Positions 37,546 through 48,947 of a stretch of 64,000 nucleotides of DNA are shown here, piece by piece (the first letter of the stretch is position 1; each line of letters opens with the position of its first letter). Source of the DNA: Sedimentisphaerales bacterium (GTDB taxonomy: Bacteria > Planctomycetota > Phycisphaerae > Sedimentisphaerales > Anaerobacaceae). The notes below the pieces were generated by a model that was not told where the DNA came from, did not search any database, and was given only the letters and a program-made list of their open reading frames with translations. The stretch covers positions 800,001 through 864,000 of the forward strand of contig OY970194.1 of NCBI GenBank assembly GCA_963708075.1, given 5' to 3'. Made by a program: the position numbers and the translations under genes.

Positions 37546-39580
37546 TCATTGTGCGGCCGCTGTTGTCCCTGCCGGCTCCCCAAGGGCATTGAGCGGCTGT
37601 TCGATAACGAGATGATCGCCCAGCACCCGGGCGAGATCGGGCAGGTCATATGTGGTCAGTGCCCCGTGGACTGCGTTGACCAACTGGTTGCGGGACAGAC
37701 CCGATTCGATGATATTCGACCACGAAGTCAGGCCTCGTATCAGCCGGACCGAGCCAAAAAGATTCGGCTCCAGCGCGGCGGCGTGCAGAGCAGGCACGCA
37801 GATGTGTCCCACAGCAACGAGATCGACCGGGCCTTTGGACTGCTCCTGAAGCAGGCGGGCGCATACGAGGATATCTTCCGCTCGCATTCCCACGTAAGAC
37901 CGGCCCAGCAAGTAGGCGGTGAGGACATCCTTGTTATCCGGGCCGAATAGATCGCCGCCCCAGCCGCCGCTCGATTGCGTCTCGCCCGTGCCCCGTACGT
38001 CCACGGCCATAACCACTCGACCAGTATCAACGAGCCTCTCTATCGGTCCGCCCGGCCCGGCATCTGCATCCTTGCCTTTCTCATGAACGTAGAGCACCGC
38101 GCCGGCAAGGGCGTCCCGTTTCGGCACGAAAACGATCGCTGGAAGGAGGACGCCGCTCTCCGGCGTTACCACCGTCTTCTTTACCTCCGGGCTGTCGGTT
38201 CTCGTGGCGCTCGACAGCAGCCTTGGGCAGATCTGCAAGGGCCCGGATACCCGTTATGCGACGGACCTGACTGAGCATGTCTGCCTGCGGAGTTGCGTGC
38301 CAACACTCACGTCGCTTCGCAGCCAACTCCTTCTCAAAATCGCGATTCAGGTCATACGTTGATCTTGCCCCCTCTAAGTGCATTACCTGACCATCAGGCG
38401 CGCATTGAGCCTCTTCGTCGCTGAGGAGCTTGACGGCAGGCTCCGCAATCGCCTTATCGACGCCGAGCAGCCAGCGTGACATCCATCGCGCGACACCCTC
38501 CCGTTGAACGTGGTTGTAGTTGTGCCCCGCATCGTTCTCCAGGAGGCTGATCCGCTCGGCGACACCCATTCGGGTATACAGACGCTTGGCGTAGCGGAAG
38601 CACGTCCACGTGCCCTGAATGTCAAAGAAGTCCTTTGTGGCGGCACAGATGAGAATGGGAGTTGGCGCTCGCATCATCAGGTAATCGGCGTGGTCCATTC
38701 CGAACGCCAGTTGCCCGAAGATATTCTGTTCCGCATCCTGAGGCCCGATGGTGGACAGAAGGGCCTCGAATCCGGTGATGTAGCAGCTTGGGGCTGCGGC
38801 GCGAATCCGGTCGTCCAGCGCCATCAGGTAGGAGGTCTGTGTCCCGCCGCCGCTGTTGCCGGTGCAGCCGATTCGATTTAGATCGACTTCGGGCCGGGAT
38901 TGCAGGTAATCGATCGCGCGCATGCCGTCCCAGATCTCGAACCGTGCGGTGCTGCGGCCGAGCAGAATGCTGCCGACCCCGAGGGTCGTGTGCGCGGTTG
39001 TCCCCTCCACTTTCGGCGATGCGGAGGGCATCTGGCTGCGCTCGCCCTGGTCGATTGGGTCGAACACGAGGGCCGCCATGCCGTTGAGGGCCAATAGAGC
39101 CCCCATGGTTTGATATTCGTCATGGGCTTTCGCTTCGGGCGCATGGCCGCAGGGCACGATCACGCCGGGAAATGGTGGCTTATGACTCTCACCGGTGGGA
39201 AGGAACAGCAGGGCGGTGACGTGGTGCTTCGGCTGGCTCTCGAAGATCACTTTCTCGACACGGTAACCATCGCGTTCAATAACGCCTGTCACTCTGGGAT
39301 TCAAGGGCATTCTAGCAGGCAGGCCGCCAATCGCTTCGAGAAATTTCTCCTGGAGGTTCTTCTGGTAAGCGGTGATCTGTACGGGCGTTTTCAATTCTTC
39401 GTATCGCTGCCGCCATTGCTCGAACTGCTGCCCGGCTTGCTGCCGCAGGTATCGAGCCATCATCTCACCAGCAGGAGCGCCGTCAATGCTCTCCGGCAGG
39501 ACACGCAGAGTCTCGTTTGCCAACGCCGCGACGGTCATCATCAGGCAGCAGCCTGTTATCAGCACGATCACATTGCGCAT
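37546..39580 (-). pseudogene. Secreted acetylxylan-esterase-like alpha/beta hydrolase (two domains), frameshifted
   Basis: Signal peptide, GNSGGG nucleophile motif and DPIDQGER. Frame change near 38190-38215 into KKTVVTPESGVLLP...DVRGTGE. Confidence 0.8.
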
Positions 39581-39779
39581 GATTCCGCCCCTTTCATGGA
39601 TCCGGCGTAATTCTATCCCGAGCGGTGTGTTGCGGCCATAGAAAACGGCAGATTACACAGTGCCCATGTCAGAAATGATGGAACATAACTCATGGACTGT
39701 TGCGAGGGACGCGATTAGAATACCGGCAACGCAGCCCGGGACAGACACAAGTGACGGTTTGTATTGGAGGTCGCGACCT

Positions 39780-41167
39780 ATGGCGAGCAGAACAGGAATC
39801 ATTGCGATATGTGTGTGCCTGACCGTATCGGGGTCCGCGCTGGCGGCTGGAGCGGAATCGCAAGCGACGTGGAAGGCGGGGGTGGCCACGGTGGTGATCA
39901 CGCCGGAGCAGTCCATGTGGATGGCCGGCTATGCGGCCCGGAACAAACCCTCCGAGGGAAAGGCCCACGAACTGCACGGCAAGGCCCTCGCCCTGGAGGA
40001 CGCCGAGGGCGCCCGGCTGGTGATCGTGACGGCGGACCTGATCGGCTTTCCCCGCGAACTTCGGAACCTGGTAGAGAAGGAGGTCGGCGACCGTTACAAG
40101 CTAGGCCGCGAGAGCCTGCTGCTCAATGCGTCCCACACACACAGCGGGCCGGAGCTGCGGGCCTGGCGGACGACTCAGGCATGGGATCTGCCGGAAGGGC
40201 AGATTGACCTGTGCAAACAATACAGCGAGAGTCTGCGAGGCAAGCTCGTCGAGCTTATAGGCCGCGCCCTGGCTGATCTCGCCCCGGCACAGCTTTCCTA
40301 CCTGCACGCGAGAGCGGGTTTTGCCATGAACCGCCGCTCGCAGGGAGGAGGCGGGTACAGCATTGCTCCGAATGCGGACGGCCCAGTTGATCACGATGTC
40401 CCCGTGCTTCGCGTGGACGGCCCGGATGGGAAATTGCGGGCGCTGCTCTTTGGCTACGCGTGCCACAACACGACGCTCGACTTCTACCAATTCTGCGGCG
40501 ATTATGCAGGCTTTGCGCAGGAGTACGTCGAGGAAGCTCACCAAGGGACGACCGCATTGTTTATGATCGGCTGCGGCGGCGACCAGAACCCGACGCCTCG
40601 CCGCACGTTGGAATTGGCGAAACAACACGGGCGTGCACTGGCCAATGGGGTAGAGGCAGCGCTGCAGGCGAAGCCTCGGGCAGTACGCGGACCGCTGCGA
40701 GTAGCCTTGGACGAGGTGCCGCTGGAACTGGAGGGACCGCCCAGTACCGAGCAATTGAAACAGCAGGCGCAGTCCACAGACAAGTACCAGAAGCGCAACG
40801 CCGGGGACGTGCTGAGCGCACTGGAGAAGGCGGGCCGGGTGCCCTCGAGTTATCCGTATCTTGTGCAGGTGGTTCAGTTCGGCGACGATCTGACGATGAT
40901 CGGGCTGGCCGGCGAGGTGGTCGTGGACTACTCGCTTCGTCTGAAGAGGGAGTTTGCCGGGCGCCGGTCTGGGTGGCCGGCTACACCAACGACGTGTTCG
41001 GCTACGTGCCGTCGCGGCGAGTCCTGGAGGAGGGCGGGTACGAGGCCCGCGGCGCGATCCTGTACTACGGGACGATGCTGACGCCATTTGCCCCCTCGGT
41101 GGAAGAGCGGATCATCGGCAAGGTACACGAGTTGGTGGATAAGGTGCGCACGCCAAACCAGAAATGA
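39780..41167 (+). pseudogene. Neutral-ceramidase-like secreted hydrolase, frameshifted
   Basis: NASHTHSGP, FGYACHNT and GCGGDQNP. One extra G near 40960 restores FAGAPVWVAGYTNDVFGYVP. Confidence 0.82.
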
Positions 41168-42564
41168 CATCCTTTGACATTGATCGAAAGGGTTCTGCGA
41201 TGATGGTCGAATCAGTATCAAGGTACTCGGGCTTTTGGAAGTTGATCTCTCTGGCCGCCGTGCTTGCGGCGATCTGTGCGTCACCCGCGTCGGCGGATCT
41301 GAAGGCGCGGATCCATGATTCCGGTTTTGCACTGGCGCACGACACCTACAACGGTATGGGCACCGGAAGCGACGGCAAGATCTACTACGTTCTGTCCTCC
41401 CAGTCCTATGAGGTTGGTGCGAAGATGTTCTGCTACGATCCTGTCACGGACAAGGTCGAGCCCCTGGGGGACATCACCGAGGCGTGCGGTGAGAAGGATG
41501 CCAAGACGATTGTGCAGGGGAAATCGCACGTCACCTTCGTGGAGCGGGAGGGCAAGCTTTACTTCGCCACCCACGTGGGATACTACAGCATCATCGACGG
41601 GATGGAGAAGATAGGTATCCCTCCGCAGGGATGGAAGCCATACCCCGGCGGTCACTTCCTGGCCTATGACATGAAGACAAGGAAGTTCGAAGACCTTGCC
41701 AAAGCCCCGCGTGGCGAGGGGATTCTCACAATGACGATGGATGCGAAGCGAGGACGGCTCTACGGCTTGACCTGGCCTGCCGGGCATTTCCTTCGTTATG
41801 ACCTGGCGAAGAAAGAACTGAAGGACCTGGGCCCCGTTTCAAGGCAGGGCGAGAATGGCAAAGGCGAGAATTACCGCACGCTCTGTCGTTCGTTCGTAGT
41901 CGATCCAACGGATGGCTCGCTCTATTTCACCGTCGGCGATGGCGACATCTTCCGCTATCGTTATGACCGCGACGCCATCGAGGTGGTAAGCGGCGACGAT
42001 CTGCGAAAAGATTACTTTGGACTCTATGACCCGACATCGGCCGGCCACATGGGCTATAACTGGAGACAGACGGTCTGGTATGACCCGGAGAAGGCCATCT
42101 ATGGCGTGCACGGCAACTCCGGCTACCTGTTCCGTTTCGTTCCCGGCGTTTCACAGGTGGAGATCGTGGACCGCATCACATCGAAGCCGTCGCAGCGAAG
42201 CGGGATGTTCGACCAGTTCAGCTACGGCTATCTGGGCTTCACCCTCGGACCGGACGGGAAGACGATTCACTACCTGACAGGCGGTCCGGTGTACGTTGAG
42301 GGTAAGCGAGTCGCGGGGAAATCGAAAACGGCCATGGGTGAATCCAAGGGGATCGAGAATCTCCACCTGATCACCTATGATATCGGGGCCCGCAAGTACA
42401 CGGATCGAGGTCCCATCTTCTTCGAGGATGGACGCCGGCCGTATTATGTGAACTCGATTGCTGTGGGCAAGGACGGCTCGGTGTACGCCCTGTCACGAGT
42501 CACGCAAGGGCCGGATCCGAAAACAGACCTGATCAGCATCCGCGGCCCGTTTGCGGGCAAGTAA
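41164..42564 (+). CDS. Secreted beta-propeller hypothetical protein
   Basis: Signal peptide and repeated DGKIYY/GKLYF/DGSLYF/DGSVY blade motifs. Confidence 0.78.
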   Translation: MTSFDIDRKGSAMMVESVSRYSGFWKLISLAAVLAAICASPASADLKARIHDSGFALAHDTYNGMGTGSDGKIYYVLSSQSYEVGAKMFCYDPVTDKVEPLGDITEACGEKDAKTIVQGKSHVTFVEREGKLYFATHVGYYSIIDGMEKIGIPPQGWKPYPGGHFLAYDMKTRKFEDLAKAPRGEGILTMTMDAKRGRLYGLTWPAGHFLRYDLAKKELKDLGPVSRQGENGKGENYRTLCRSFVVDPTDGSLYFTVGDGDIFRYRYDRDAIEVVSGDDLRKDYFGLYDPTSAGHMGYNWRQTVWYDPEKAIYGVHGNSGYLFRFVPGVSQVEIVDRITSKPSQRSGMFDQFSYGYLGFTLGPDGKTIHYLTGGPVYVEGKRVAGKSKTAMGESKGIENLHLITYDIGARKYTDRGPIFFEDGRRPYYVNSIAVGKDGSVYALSRVTQGPDPKTDLISIRGPFAGK

Positions 42565-42585
42565 ATCCGGGAAAGGGGAGAACGT

Positions 42586-44112
42586 ATGATGTGGTCCATT
42601 ACACTGCAGATCCTGGTGTGGAGCATGGCAGTTGCGCCATCAGCGGCTGGGTTTCCAGGCGTCGATGACTTGCCGAGGCTACTCCCGGGCAGGACGTTTG
42701 CGGAGAATGCGCTGTGGATCGAGAACCCGTTGGAGAAGCGGTTCAACTCTTCGAAGCAGGTCGTGGTGGCCCAGATCAAGGGGCCCGCGGTCATCACGAT
42801 GATCCATTTCGCCATGCCGCAGGCGTTGACGTTGAATCGCGATGTGCTCCTGCGAGCCTACTGGGACGGCGAGACCTCCCCCAGCATCGATTGTCCTCTC
42901 GTCGACTTCTTCTGCGACCCGGCGGGTCTGCGCGAGGAGGTCAACACGCTCCTGCTGAACAAGCGGCGGGGCTTCAACGGCTGGTTCCCCATGCCGTTTC
43001 GCACCTCCGCCAGAATCGAGCTGGTCTATGACGGACCGGTTGCGCCGGGCGATGAGTTGTGGAAGATCATGCCGTGCTACAGTTATGTCATGTACCGGCC
43101 GCTGAGCGAGGTCGCCCCCGATGTCGGTCGCTTCCACGCCCACTGGCGTCAGGAAGGGCTGCTTCTGGGCACTCGCGACTACGTGGCCCTGGAGGCGAAG
43201 GGACAAGGCAAATTCATCGGCTGGAACGTCACCGTGCGAAAACCGGGCAGGGCGGGCTATCCCGTCGACGAAAATGAGAAGTTCTACGTCGATGGCGAGA
43301 TGACGCCGTCGGTGGAGTTCCAGGGGATCGAAGACTCCTTTGGATTCAGTTGGGGCTTTCCGCCGACCCAGAGCGAGTTTCCTCTGACCGGGTACTTCCC
43401 TTTCCTCAAGGGCGGTTGCGGATACCGGTTCTTCCTCAACGATGCGATCTCCTTTGAGAAGTCCCTGCGAGTGACAATCGGTTTTGGCACCAATGAGGAT
43501 CCTTTCTTTCGCAAGGAGTTCAGCCGGCCGGGCAGCACGCTTCAACTGTCGAGCGTCGTGTACTGGTATCAGACCGAGCCACACGCGCAGTTGCCGGTGA
43601 TGCCCGCAGTGGCGGATCGGGCTCCGGCGCCGGAAGAACCGTTCTGGCCGGACAAGGAGAAGCTGCCTTCGGCCGAGGAGTTGAAGAACCGCGGGGTTCG
43701 CTTTCTGATGCTATGCGGCCGGCCGGAGAAGGAAATCATCTACGCATATCCCGGCTTTGGCGCCGAGGTCAAGTCCGGCTATGCCTGGGACGGCTGGAGC
43801 CTGCCGGTCTATCATTCCCGTGCCGACAACAAGGAGGTGCAAATCGAGCTGAGCGTTCCCAAAGAAGCCAAGGGAACGATCCGTGTGTACATGATCGATC
43901 CCGACAACTTCGAGGGCGGCCGGAAGCAATCCGTCACCATCGCCGGCAAATCGCTCGGTGTCATCGAGAGTTTTCAGGAGGGTCGCTGGTTTGAGCAGGC
44001 TGTCACCGGGGCCGAATCGGCCAATGGCAAAATCCTGGTTCAGGCCACTAACATGCGCCAGGGCTCCAACGCGGTGATCTCGATCATCGAGTGGGTCGAA
44101 GCGAAACCCTGA
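42586..44112 (+). CDS. DUF2961 (GH172-like) glycoside hydrolase with C-terminal beta-sandwich
   Basis: YWDGETSPSIDCPLVDFF, PMPFRTSARI, EKFYVDGE, GIEDSFG and SSVVYWYQ. Confidence 0.82.
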   Translation: MMWSITLQILVWSMAVAPSAAGFPGVDDLPRLLPGRTFAENALWIENPLEKRFNSSKQVVVAQIKGPAVITMIHFAMPQALTLNRDVLLRAYWDGETSPSIDCPLVDFFCDPAGLREEVNTLLLNKRRGFNGWFPMPFRTSARIELVYDGPVAPGDELWKIMPCYSYVMYRPLSEVAPDVGRFHAHWRQEGLLLGTRDYVALEAKGQGKFIGWNVTVRKPGRAGYPVDENEKFYVDGEMTPSVEFQGIEDSFGFSWGFPPTQSEFPLTGYFPFLKGGCGYRFFLNDAISFEKSLRVTIGFGTNEDPFFRKEFSRPGSTLQLSSVVYWYQTEPHAQLPVMPAVADRAPAPEEPFWPDKEKLPSAEELKNRGVRFLMLCGRPEKEIIYAYPGFGAEVKSGYAWDGWSLPVYHSRADNKEVQIELSVPKEAKGTIRVYMIDPDNFEGGRKQSVTIAGKSLGVIESFQEGRWFEQAVTGAESANGKILVQATNMRQGSNAVISIIEWVEAKP

Positions 44113-44118
44113 TTTCGT

Positions 44119-44967
44119 CTACCGGGCGATCTCCTTTTTCAGCCACTGGACGCTCTGCTCCATCTTGCCTGGGGCGGCCTCGCACTCGATGGACAGGACG
44201 CCGTTCCACCTGGTGTCTTTCAGCACCTCGATGCAGCCGGCGATGTTCTCGGCATTCACGCCCTCGCCGATGGCCACAACAGATGAGGCGATGCCCGTCT
44301 CTTCGCCCCGGACCGCCCTGGCCAGCGCCTCGCTGACGTCCTTGATGTGACAGTGGGAGAGCTTATCCCTGAATCGCTTGAGGAACTTGACAGGGTCCTG
44401 CCCGGCGATGAACGTGTTGCCCGTATCCAGGTTCATCCGCAGGTACGGGGAATCGGAGAGGCTTAGAATCTGCTCCATCGTGTCCGGATTGGTCGTATAG
44501 GGTCCGTGCGGCTCGACGTTGATGATGATGTCATATCTCTCGGCCCACTCCAGCACGACGCGGTAGTACTGCTTGATCATGGCCATTACCTCTTTGTCGC
44601 TGTACCCTTCGGGCTTGCGGGCGCCGTCCGTCGTGTCCACGCAGGGGCAGCCGACCGCCTTGGCGAACTGGATCGCCCGCAGTGTGTAGGCGACGCCGCG
44701 GTACTGGCCTTCCGGCGAAGAGATCGGAAACGCCGCATCGAGCTGCGACATCTTCAGACCCAGGGAATCGAGATACCGCTTCAGTTTGAGCGGGTCCGAA
44801 TGAAGCGGTATGTGCGGACTGTATCCGAGGGCCTGAATGAAGTAATCCCCATCGATCGTGCCGAATTCGACGTACTTGAGGCGGTGGTCCTTTGCGAACT
44901 GGCACGGGACTTCGTAGGAAGTATCAAGGTGCCGCCAGTTATCCACATGCATGCCCAGTCTCAACAT
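44119..44967 (-). CDS. Sugar phosphate isomerase/epimerase (xylose isomerase-like TIM barrel)
   Basis: NVEPHG, NLDTGN, HCHIKD and SIECE. AAGGAG precedes ATG 44967. Confidence 0.9.
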   Translation of the reverse strand: MLRLGMHVDNWRHLDTSYEVPCQFAKDHRLKYVEFGTIDGDYFIQALGYSPHIPLHSDPLKLKRYLDSLGLKMSQLDAAFPISSPEGQYRGVAYTLRAIQFAKAVGCPCVDTTDGARKPEGYSDKEVMAMIKQYYRVVLEWAERYDIIINVEPHGPYTTNPDTMEQILSLSDSPYLRMNLDTGNTFIAGQDPVKFLKRFRDKLSHCHIKDVSEALARAVRGEETGIASSVVAIGEGVNAENIAGCIEVLKDTRWNGVLSIECEAAPGKMEQSVQWLKKEIAR

Positions 44968-45011
44968 TGCATACTCCTTTCTCTCCAAGTATCAGTCATT
45001 GAGGTGAGTGA

Positions 45012-48000
45012 CTATCGCCGAGCCATTTGCCCGGTCTTCATCTCCGTACAGAGCACTTCCACGCCGCTGAGAGCGGGTGCGGGTCCATCGGAACGGATCA
45101 GCTCGATCTCCAGATTGCGGTCCACGCGTATCCCCGTGAATTCGAGGGGCGCGGCCTGGTCTGATTGGGCAGGGTCGCCGGCCTTGGCAACAATGGTACC
45201 CTGCAACTTGATATCGAACGGTAACTTGCCGGCCGCTGATTCCGCTGGCGTTGGGAAGTAGAGCCGGACGACATATTCACCCGGTCCGTCTGCCTCGCCA
45301 CGCAGCGGAATCACGCATCGTTTCACACCTTGGGCGAAAGAAGATGTCACGTGGATCTTATCAACCTCCGATGCGCTTCCATGAGAGATGTACTTGCCGC
45401 CGGGGAGGAATTCCACCTTCACATCAAGCGAGAAACCCATCGCGCTGCGGTCGGAGGGTAAGCCGGGGCGAGGGTACGCGAGCCAGAGCGTCCCTTTGGA
45501 GTCCCGCATGTCGCCGGGGGCGCCGAAATTGACCGCCAGATGCCGGACGGGTGTGCTGTCGCCGCCGGCGCTGTAGATTCCCCAGCGGACGTGGTCCTTT
45601 CGCGGCTCAAGAGCAAGCGAGCAGGTGATGGGAAACAGGCAGAGGCAGCCTGCGCTCGCCTCGGGAATGAGGGCCAGTCCATCGGCCGCGATGGCATTGA
45701 TCCAGCAGCCGGGCCTTTGCCCCGCGAAGTGGCGGATGCCGCTGTCGTCGAGGAGGTCGTAATAGGCGGTGAAGCCGGAGCGCATGAGAAGCATTTGCGG
45801 GCAGGCAGAGATCGCGCCGCAATGATGTCCCGGGCGGAGAAACTGCCAGGGAGTCTCAACGCCACTGACGGGGTTCGTACGGGTCCTCTGCTGGCCCGTC
45901 TTGAGATCGAACGCCCATGGCTCAGCGTAGATCGTGTCGCCGACAAGGACAGGCCGGTGGCGATAGTTGGCGTCTCGCGCCCACAGCCGCTCGCCCGTCC
46001 TGCCGGAAAGTGCCACCAGCCGGCGCTCGGAGAACTGGCCGGAAAGGAACTGCTTCCAGTAGTGCCCATTGGCGTTGGCTCCGCACAGGACCACGACGCC
46101 GTTGTGATACATGGCGGTCAGCTCGCCGCCTGCAACCGCGGTCCTGCTGCAATCGGTGACGTCGACCGGTATCTCCCAGAGCTTGCCGCCGGTTTTCGCA
46201 TCGAGAGCGACGGCCATGCGTGCGTCGAGCTTCTTCATAGCCTCTTCCGCCTGCCTGGCGTCGCCATCCTTGAGATTGGCCAGATGGGACTTGTCCTGCC
46301 GCAGGAGTTGCTCCCGCTGTCCGGGGGTGATGGTGCTATCCACAAAGAACAGCCAGCCATCGCCGAGCGCGATCGTCAGGTTGACGATGTTGCCTCCCTT
46401 GTATTGCCAAAGCAGATCGCCACTGTCGGCATCCGCAGCGAAGAGCATATTGGACACAGCCTGCTTCTGCATCGTGCTCCCGTAGAGAACGCCGTCGGCA
46501 TAGGCGAGGAAACCCCACCGGGTCGCTGCCTCGCCTGCGCCGGAAGGGATCGGATACGTGGCGCGGGTCTTGCCGGTCTCGGCATCGAGCCGCAGGCACT
46601 TGTCGGCAAGGGCGACGAAGAAGCTGTCGTCAGAGGCGGCCAGGTTCCCGCATTCGATCTGCTTGAGCCGGGTCCGCATCGCGCCGGGGATCTCGCGCTT
46701 CCACAACTGCACGCCATTATAGGAATCGTAGGCCATCACGACGTTCTCACCCTGGATGAACATCCGGCCGTTGACCGCCAGCGGGGCGGCGGCCGCATCG
46801 TGGCGGTTGACCATCGGCGCCGATCCGGGCTCGCCGAACCAGAGCAGCCCAAGCGATCCCGAGAGTACGCGATCGTCGCTGCAGGCTGTGTTGCCGGCGT
46901 CGGCGTACTGGTGTGTCCATCGGCCCGCGCCGGGCAACGGGCCTCGTCGCAAGGTCGCCCATAGACCGTTCGTTTCGCTGGTTCGGCAGCGGCCCAACTG
47001 CATCTCATCCAGCCAGCCGGCCAGCTTGTCGCGTGATAATGCTCCGGCTTTGCTGAGCCGGTCGGCCGGCACCCCCAGGCAGACCGTGCCGCCGCAGGGT
47101 TTCAGATGCCTTGCAAACTGGCCGGGTTCTCCGGGGATTTTGCCTGTGAGCACGAGAGTATCTGAGACGATGAGATTCGCGAAGTAGTTGGAGTACGGCA
47201 GGGGGGATAGCTCGCCATGATCGATTACGACTCTGTCGCCGTACAGGCCCGCCGCGTCGAGCGCCGCCCTCGCCGCTTGCACCTTGGATTGGTCCGGCTC
47301 GATGCCAATGATGTGCAGGTCCGTTCGTTTGGCCAGCTCGAAAGCCAGTCGGCCCTGTTCGGCCCCGAGCAGCAGGCAGTATCCCTTCGTCACGCCGGTC
47401 TCTATGACAATGGCTTCGGCGGCCGCACGATAGACAGGCGTCAGCTCATCTTGTGGATAAGGATCGGTAACCGGAGGCCGGCTGTGCCTGGCGATGCGAG
47501 CATCGTTGTCGCCCGCCTTTGCCGGAGCGAAGCAGTAGATTCGTCCCTTATCGGTGGTCACGTACAGGCAACCATCCGCGATAGCCAGCGAGCGAGCCTT
47601 GCCCTCCACTTGAGCCTTCCACGCCAATTCTCCGGTCTCCCGGTTGAAGGCGCAGACCTCGTTCTGTCCACCGGCCAGAACCAGGTTCTCACATACGATC
47701 AGCTCGGCGTCACAGGAGCTTGTCACCTGCCACTTGATCGTCGGCTCGACTTTCTCGCGGTTGTGCCGGGCCAGGTCCTCTGTCGCCTGCTCAAGGTTCT
47801 GTTGGATCGTCTTACGTGCATCCGGCGCCGCTGAAGCCAGTTGGGTCCGCAGCGTCTTGGTTTTGAATTCGAGCGAATTGCGGCGCCGGCTTGCCTCGGC
47901 GTACGCGGCCCGATCCATGGCACGGATTTCCCGGCCGGTCGCCATGTAGGACATGTTCCCGGAGACGGTGAGCCGACGGCCGGGGAACCACGCGAAGCCG

Positions 48001-48935
48001 GCCCTGCCGCTTTCCTGATCGAGCGCCAGCAGGTGTTCCTGCGTGCCCGTGAAGATCTGGTTGTCCGCGAGCAAGGCATAGGTCCCACCGACCACGCCGC
48101 CTGCCTCCTCGCCTCGCCACCCGTAGTCGCGGTCGAAGACCAGGTTGCCGGTGGATCGGTCGAAACCGACGGGCAGCGATTGGCCGGACGGCACGAACAA
48201 CCGCGTTGCTGTAGCGAGTAGATAGCCTTGCGGGGACAGATCATTTCGATAGGCCTCCCCCTCGCTGATCGTGCCATTTCTCCAAACAAGCGCGCCGTCG
48301 TCGGCGCGAACAGCCACGAGGTAAACATCCTCATGCGGGAATACGCCCGCCCCGAAGTAGACCGTTCCGTCGTCGACAAGCACGCCTGTGCGGATGGGCC
48401 AACGCGAGATCATCCTGCCGTTGCCGAGCAGTCGCTCGTCGGCCGGACCGCCTCGCACCTTCCACAGGAGTTGACCTGTCTCGGCATTCAGGCAATAAAC
48501 CATGCCGTCGTCTGAGCCGACGAATACACGGTCCTTCCAGATCATCGGGGCCAGGCGGATGGGGCCGCCCGTGCAGAAGGACCATGCCTCTGCGCCGGTG
48601 TCGGCGGACAAGGCGTAAACCTTATCAGCGATTGAGGAGCCGAAATAGAGTCGGCCGCCTGCGGCAACGACCTGGAAGGCATCATCGAAATCGACACGGT
48701 CGCGCATGAGGACACCCTCCCGCGGCCGCGTCGCGATTGCGGACCAGGCGGTCCTGGGCTCATGCGCTGAGATATGTTCCCACTGCGGCACGAGCGGCGT
48801 TTTCAGCGACTCGCCGGCGCATCCTGTACGCGCGATGTCGTGGCGGTAGGTGGGCCAGTCAGACGCAGCAGCAATTGCGGCCGTGAACAGCAAAACCAGT
48901 GCGGACCTCAAGGCAATTAGTTGATGCTTCGACAT
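45012..48935 (-). CDS. Large secreted PQQ-like beta-propeller protein with embedded methyltransferase-like domain
   Basis: DWPTYRHDIARTG, repeated A.D.TG...W blades, GYCLLLGAEQGRLAFELA and RPGHHCG/RPGCWIN/GCLC motifs. Confidence 0.85.
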   Translation of the reverse strand: MSKHQLIALRSALVLLFTAAIAAASDWPTYRHDIARTGCAGESLKTPLVPQWEHISAHEPRTAWSAIATRPREGVLMRDRVDFDDAFQVVAAGGRLYFGSSIADKVYALSADTGAEAWSFCTGGPIRLAPMIWKDRVFVGSDDGMVYCLNAETGQLLWKVRGGPADERLLGNGRMISRWPIRTGVLVDDGTVYFGAGVFPHEDVYLVAVRADDGALVWRNGTISEGEAYRNDLSPQGYLLATATRLFVPSGQSLPVGFDRSTGNLVFDRDYGWRGEEAGGVVGGTYALLADNQIFTGTQEHLLALDQESGRAGFAWFPGRRLTVSGNMSYMATGREIRAMDRAAYAEASRRRNSLEFKTKTLRTQLASAAPDARKTIQQNLEQATEDLARHNREKVEPTIKWQVTSSCDAELIVCENLVLAGGQNEVCAFNRETGELAWKAQVEGKARSLAIADGCLYVTTDKGRIYCFAPAKAGDNDARIARHSRPPVTDPYPQDELTPVYRAAAEAIVIETGVTKGYCLLLGAEQGRLAFELAKRTDLHIIGIEPDQSKVQAARAALDAAGLYGDRVVIDHGELSPLPYSNYFANLIVSDTLVLTGKIPGEPGQFARHLKPCGGTVCLGVPADRLSKAGALSRDKLAGWLDEMQLGRCRTSETNGLWATLRRGPLPGAGRWTHQYADAGNTACSDDRVLSGSLGLLWFGEPGSAPMVNRHDAAAAPLAVNGRMFIQGENVVMAYDSYNGVQLWKREIPGAMRTRLKQIECGNLAASDDSFFVALADKCLRLDAETGKTRATYPIPSGAGEAATRWGFLAYADGVLYGSTMQKQAVSNMLFAADADSGDLLWQYKGGNIVNLTIALGDGWLFFVDSTITPGQREQLLRQDKSHLANLKDGDARQAEEAMKKLDARMAVALDAKTGGKLWEIPVDVTDCSRTAVAGGELTAMYHNGVVVLCGANANGHYWKQFLSGQFSERRLVALSGRTGERLWARDANYRHRPVLVGDTIYAEPWAFDLKTGQQRTRTNPVSGVETPWQFLRPGHHCGAISACPQMLLMRSGFTAYYDLLDDSGIRHFAGQRPGCWINAIAADGLALIPEASAGCLCLFPITCSLALEPRKDHVRWGIYSAGGDSTPVRHLAVNFGAPGDMRDSKGTLWLAYPRPGLPSDRSAMGFSLDVKVEFLPGGKYISHGSASEVDKIHVTSSFAQGVKRCVIPLRGEADGPGEYVVRLYFPTPAESAAGKLPFDIKLQGTIVAKAGDPAQSDQAAPLEFTGIRVDRNLEIELIRSDGPAPALSGVEVLCTEMKTGQMARR

Positions 48936-48947
48936 GCTTATCGCTCC

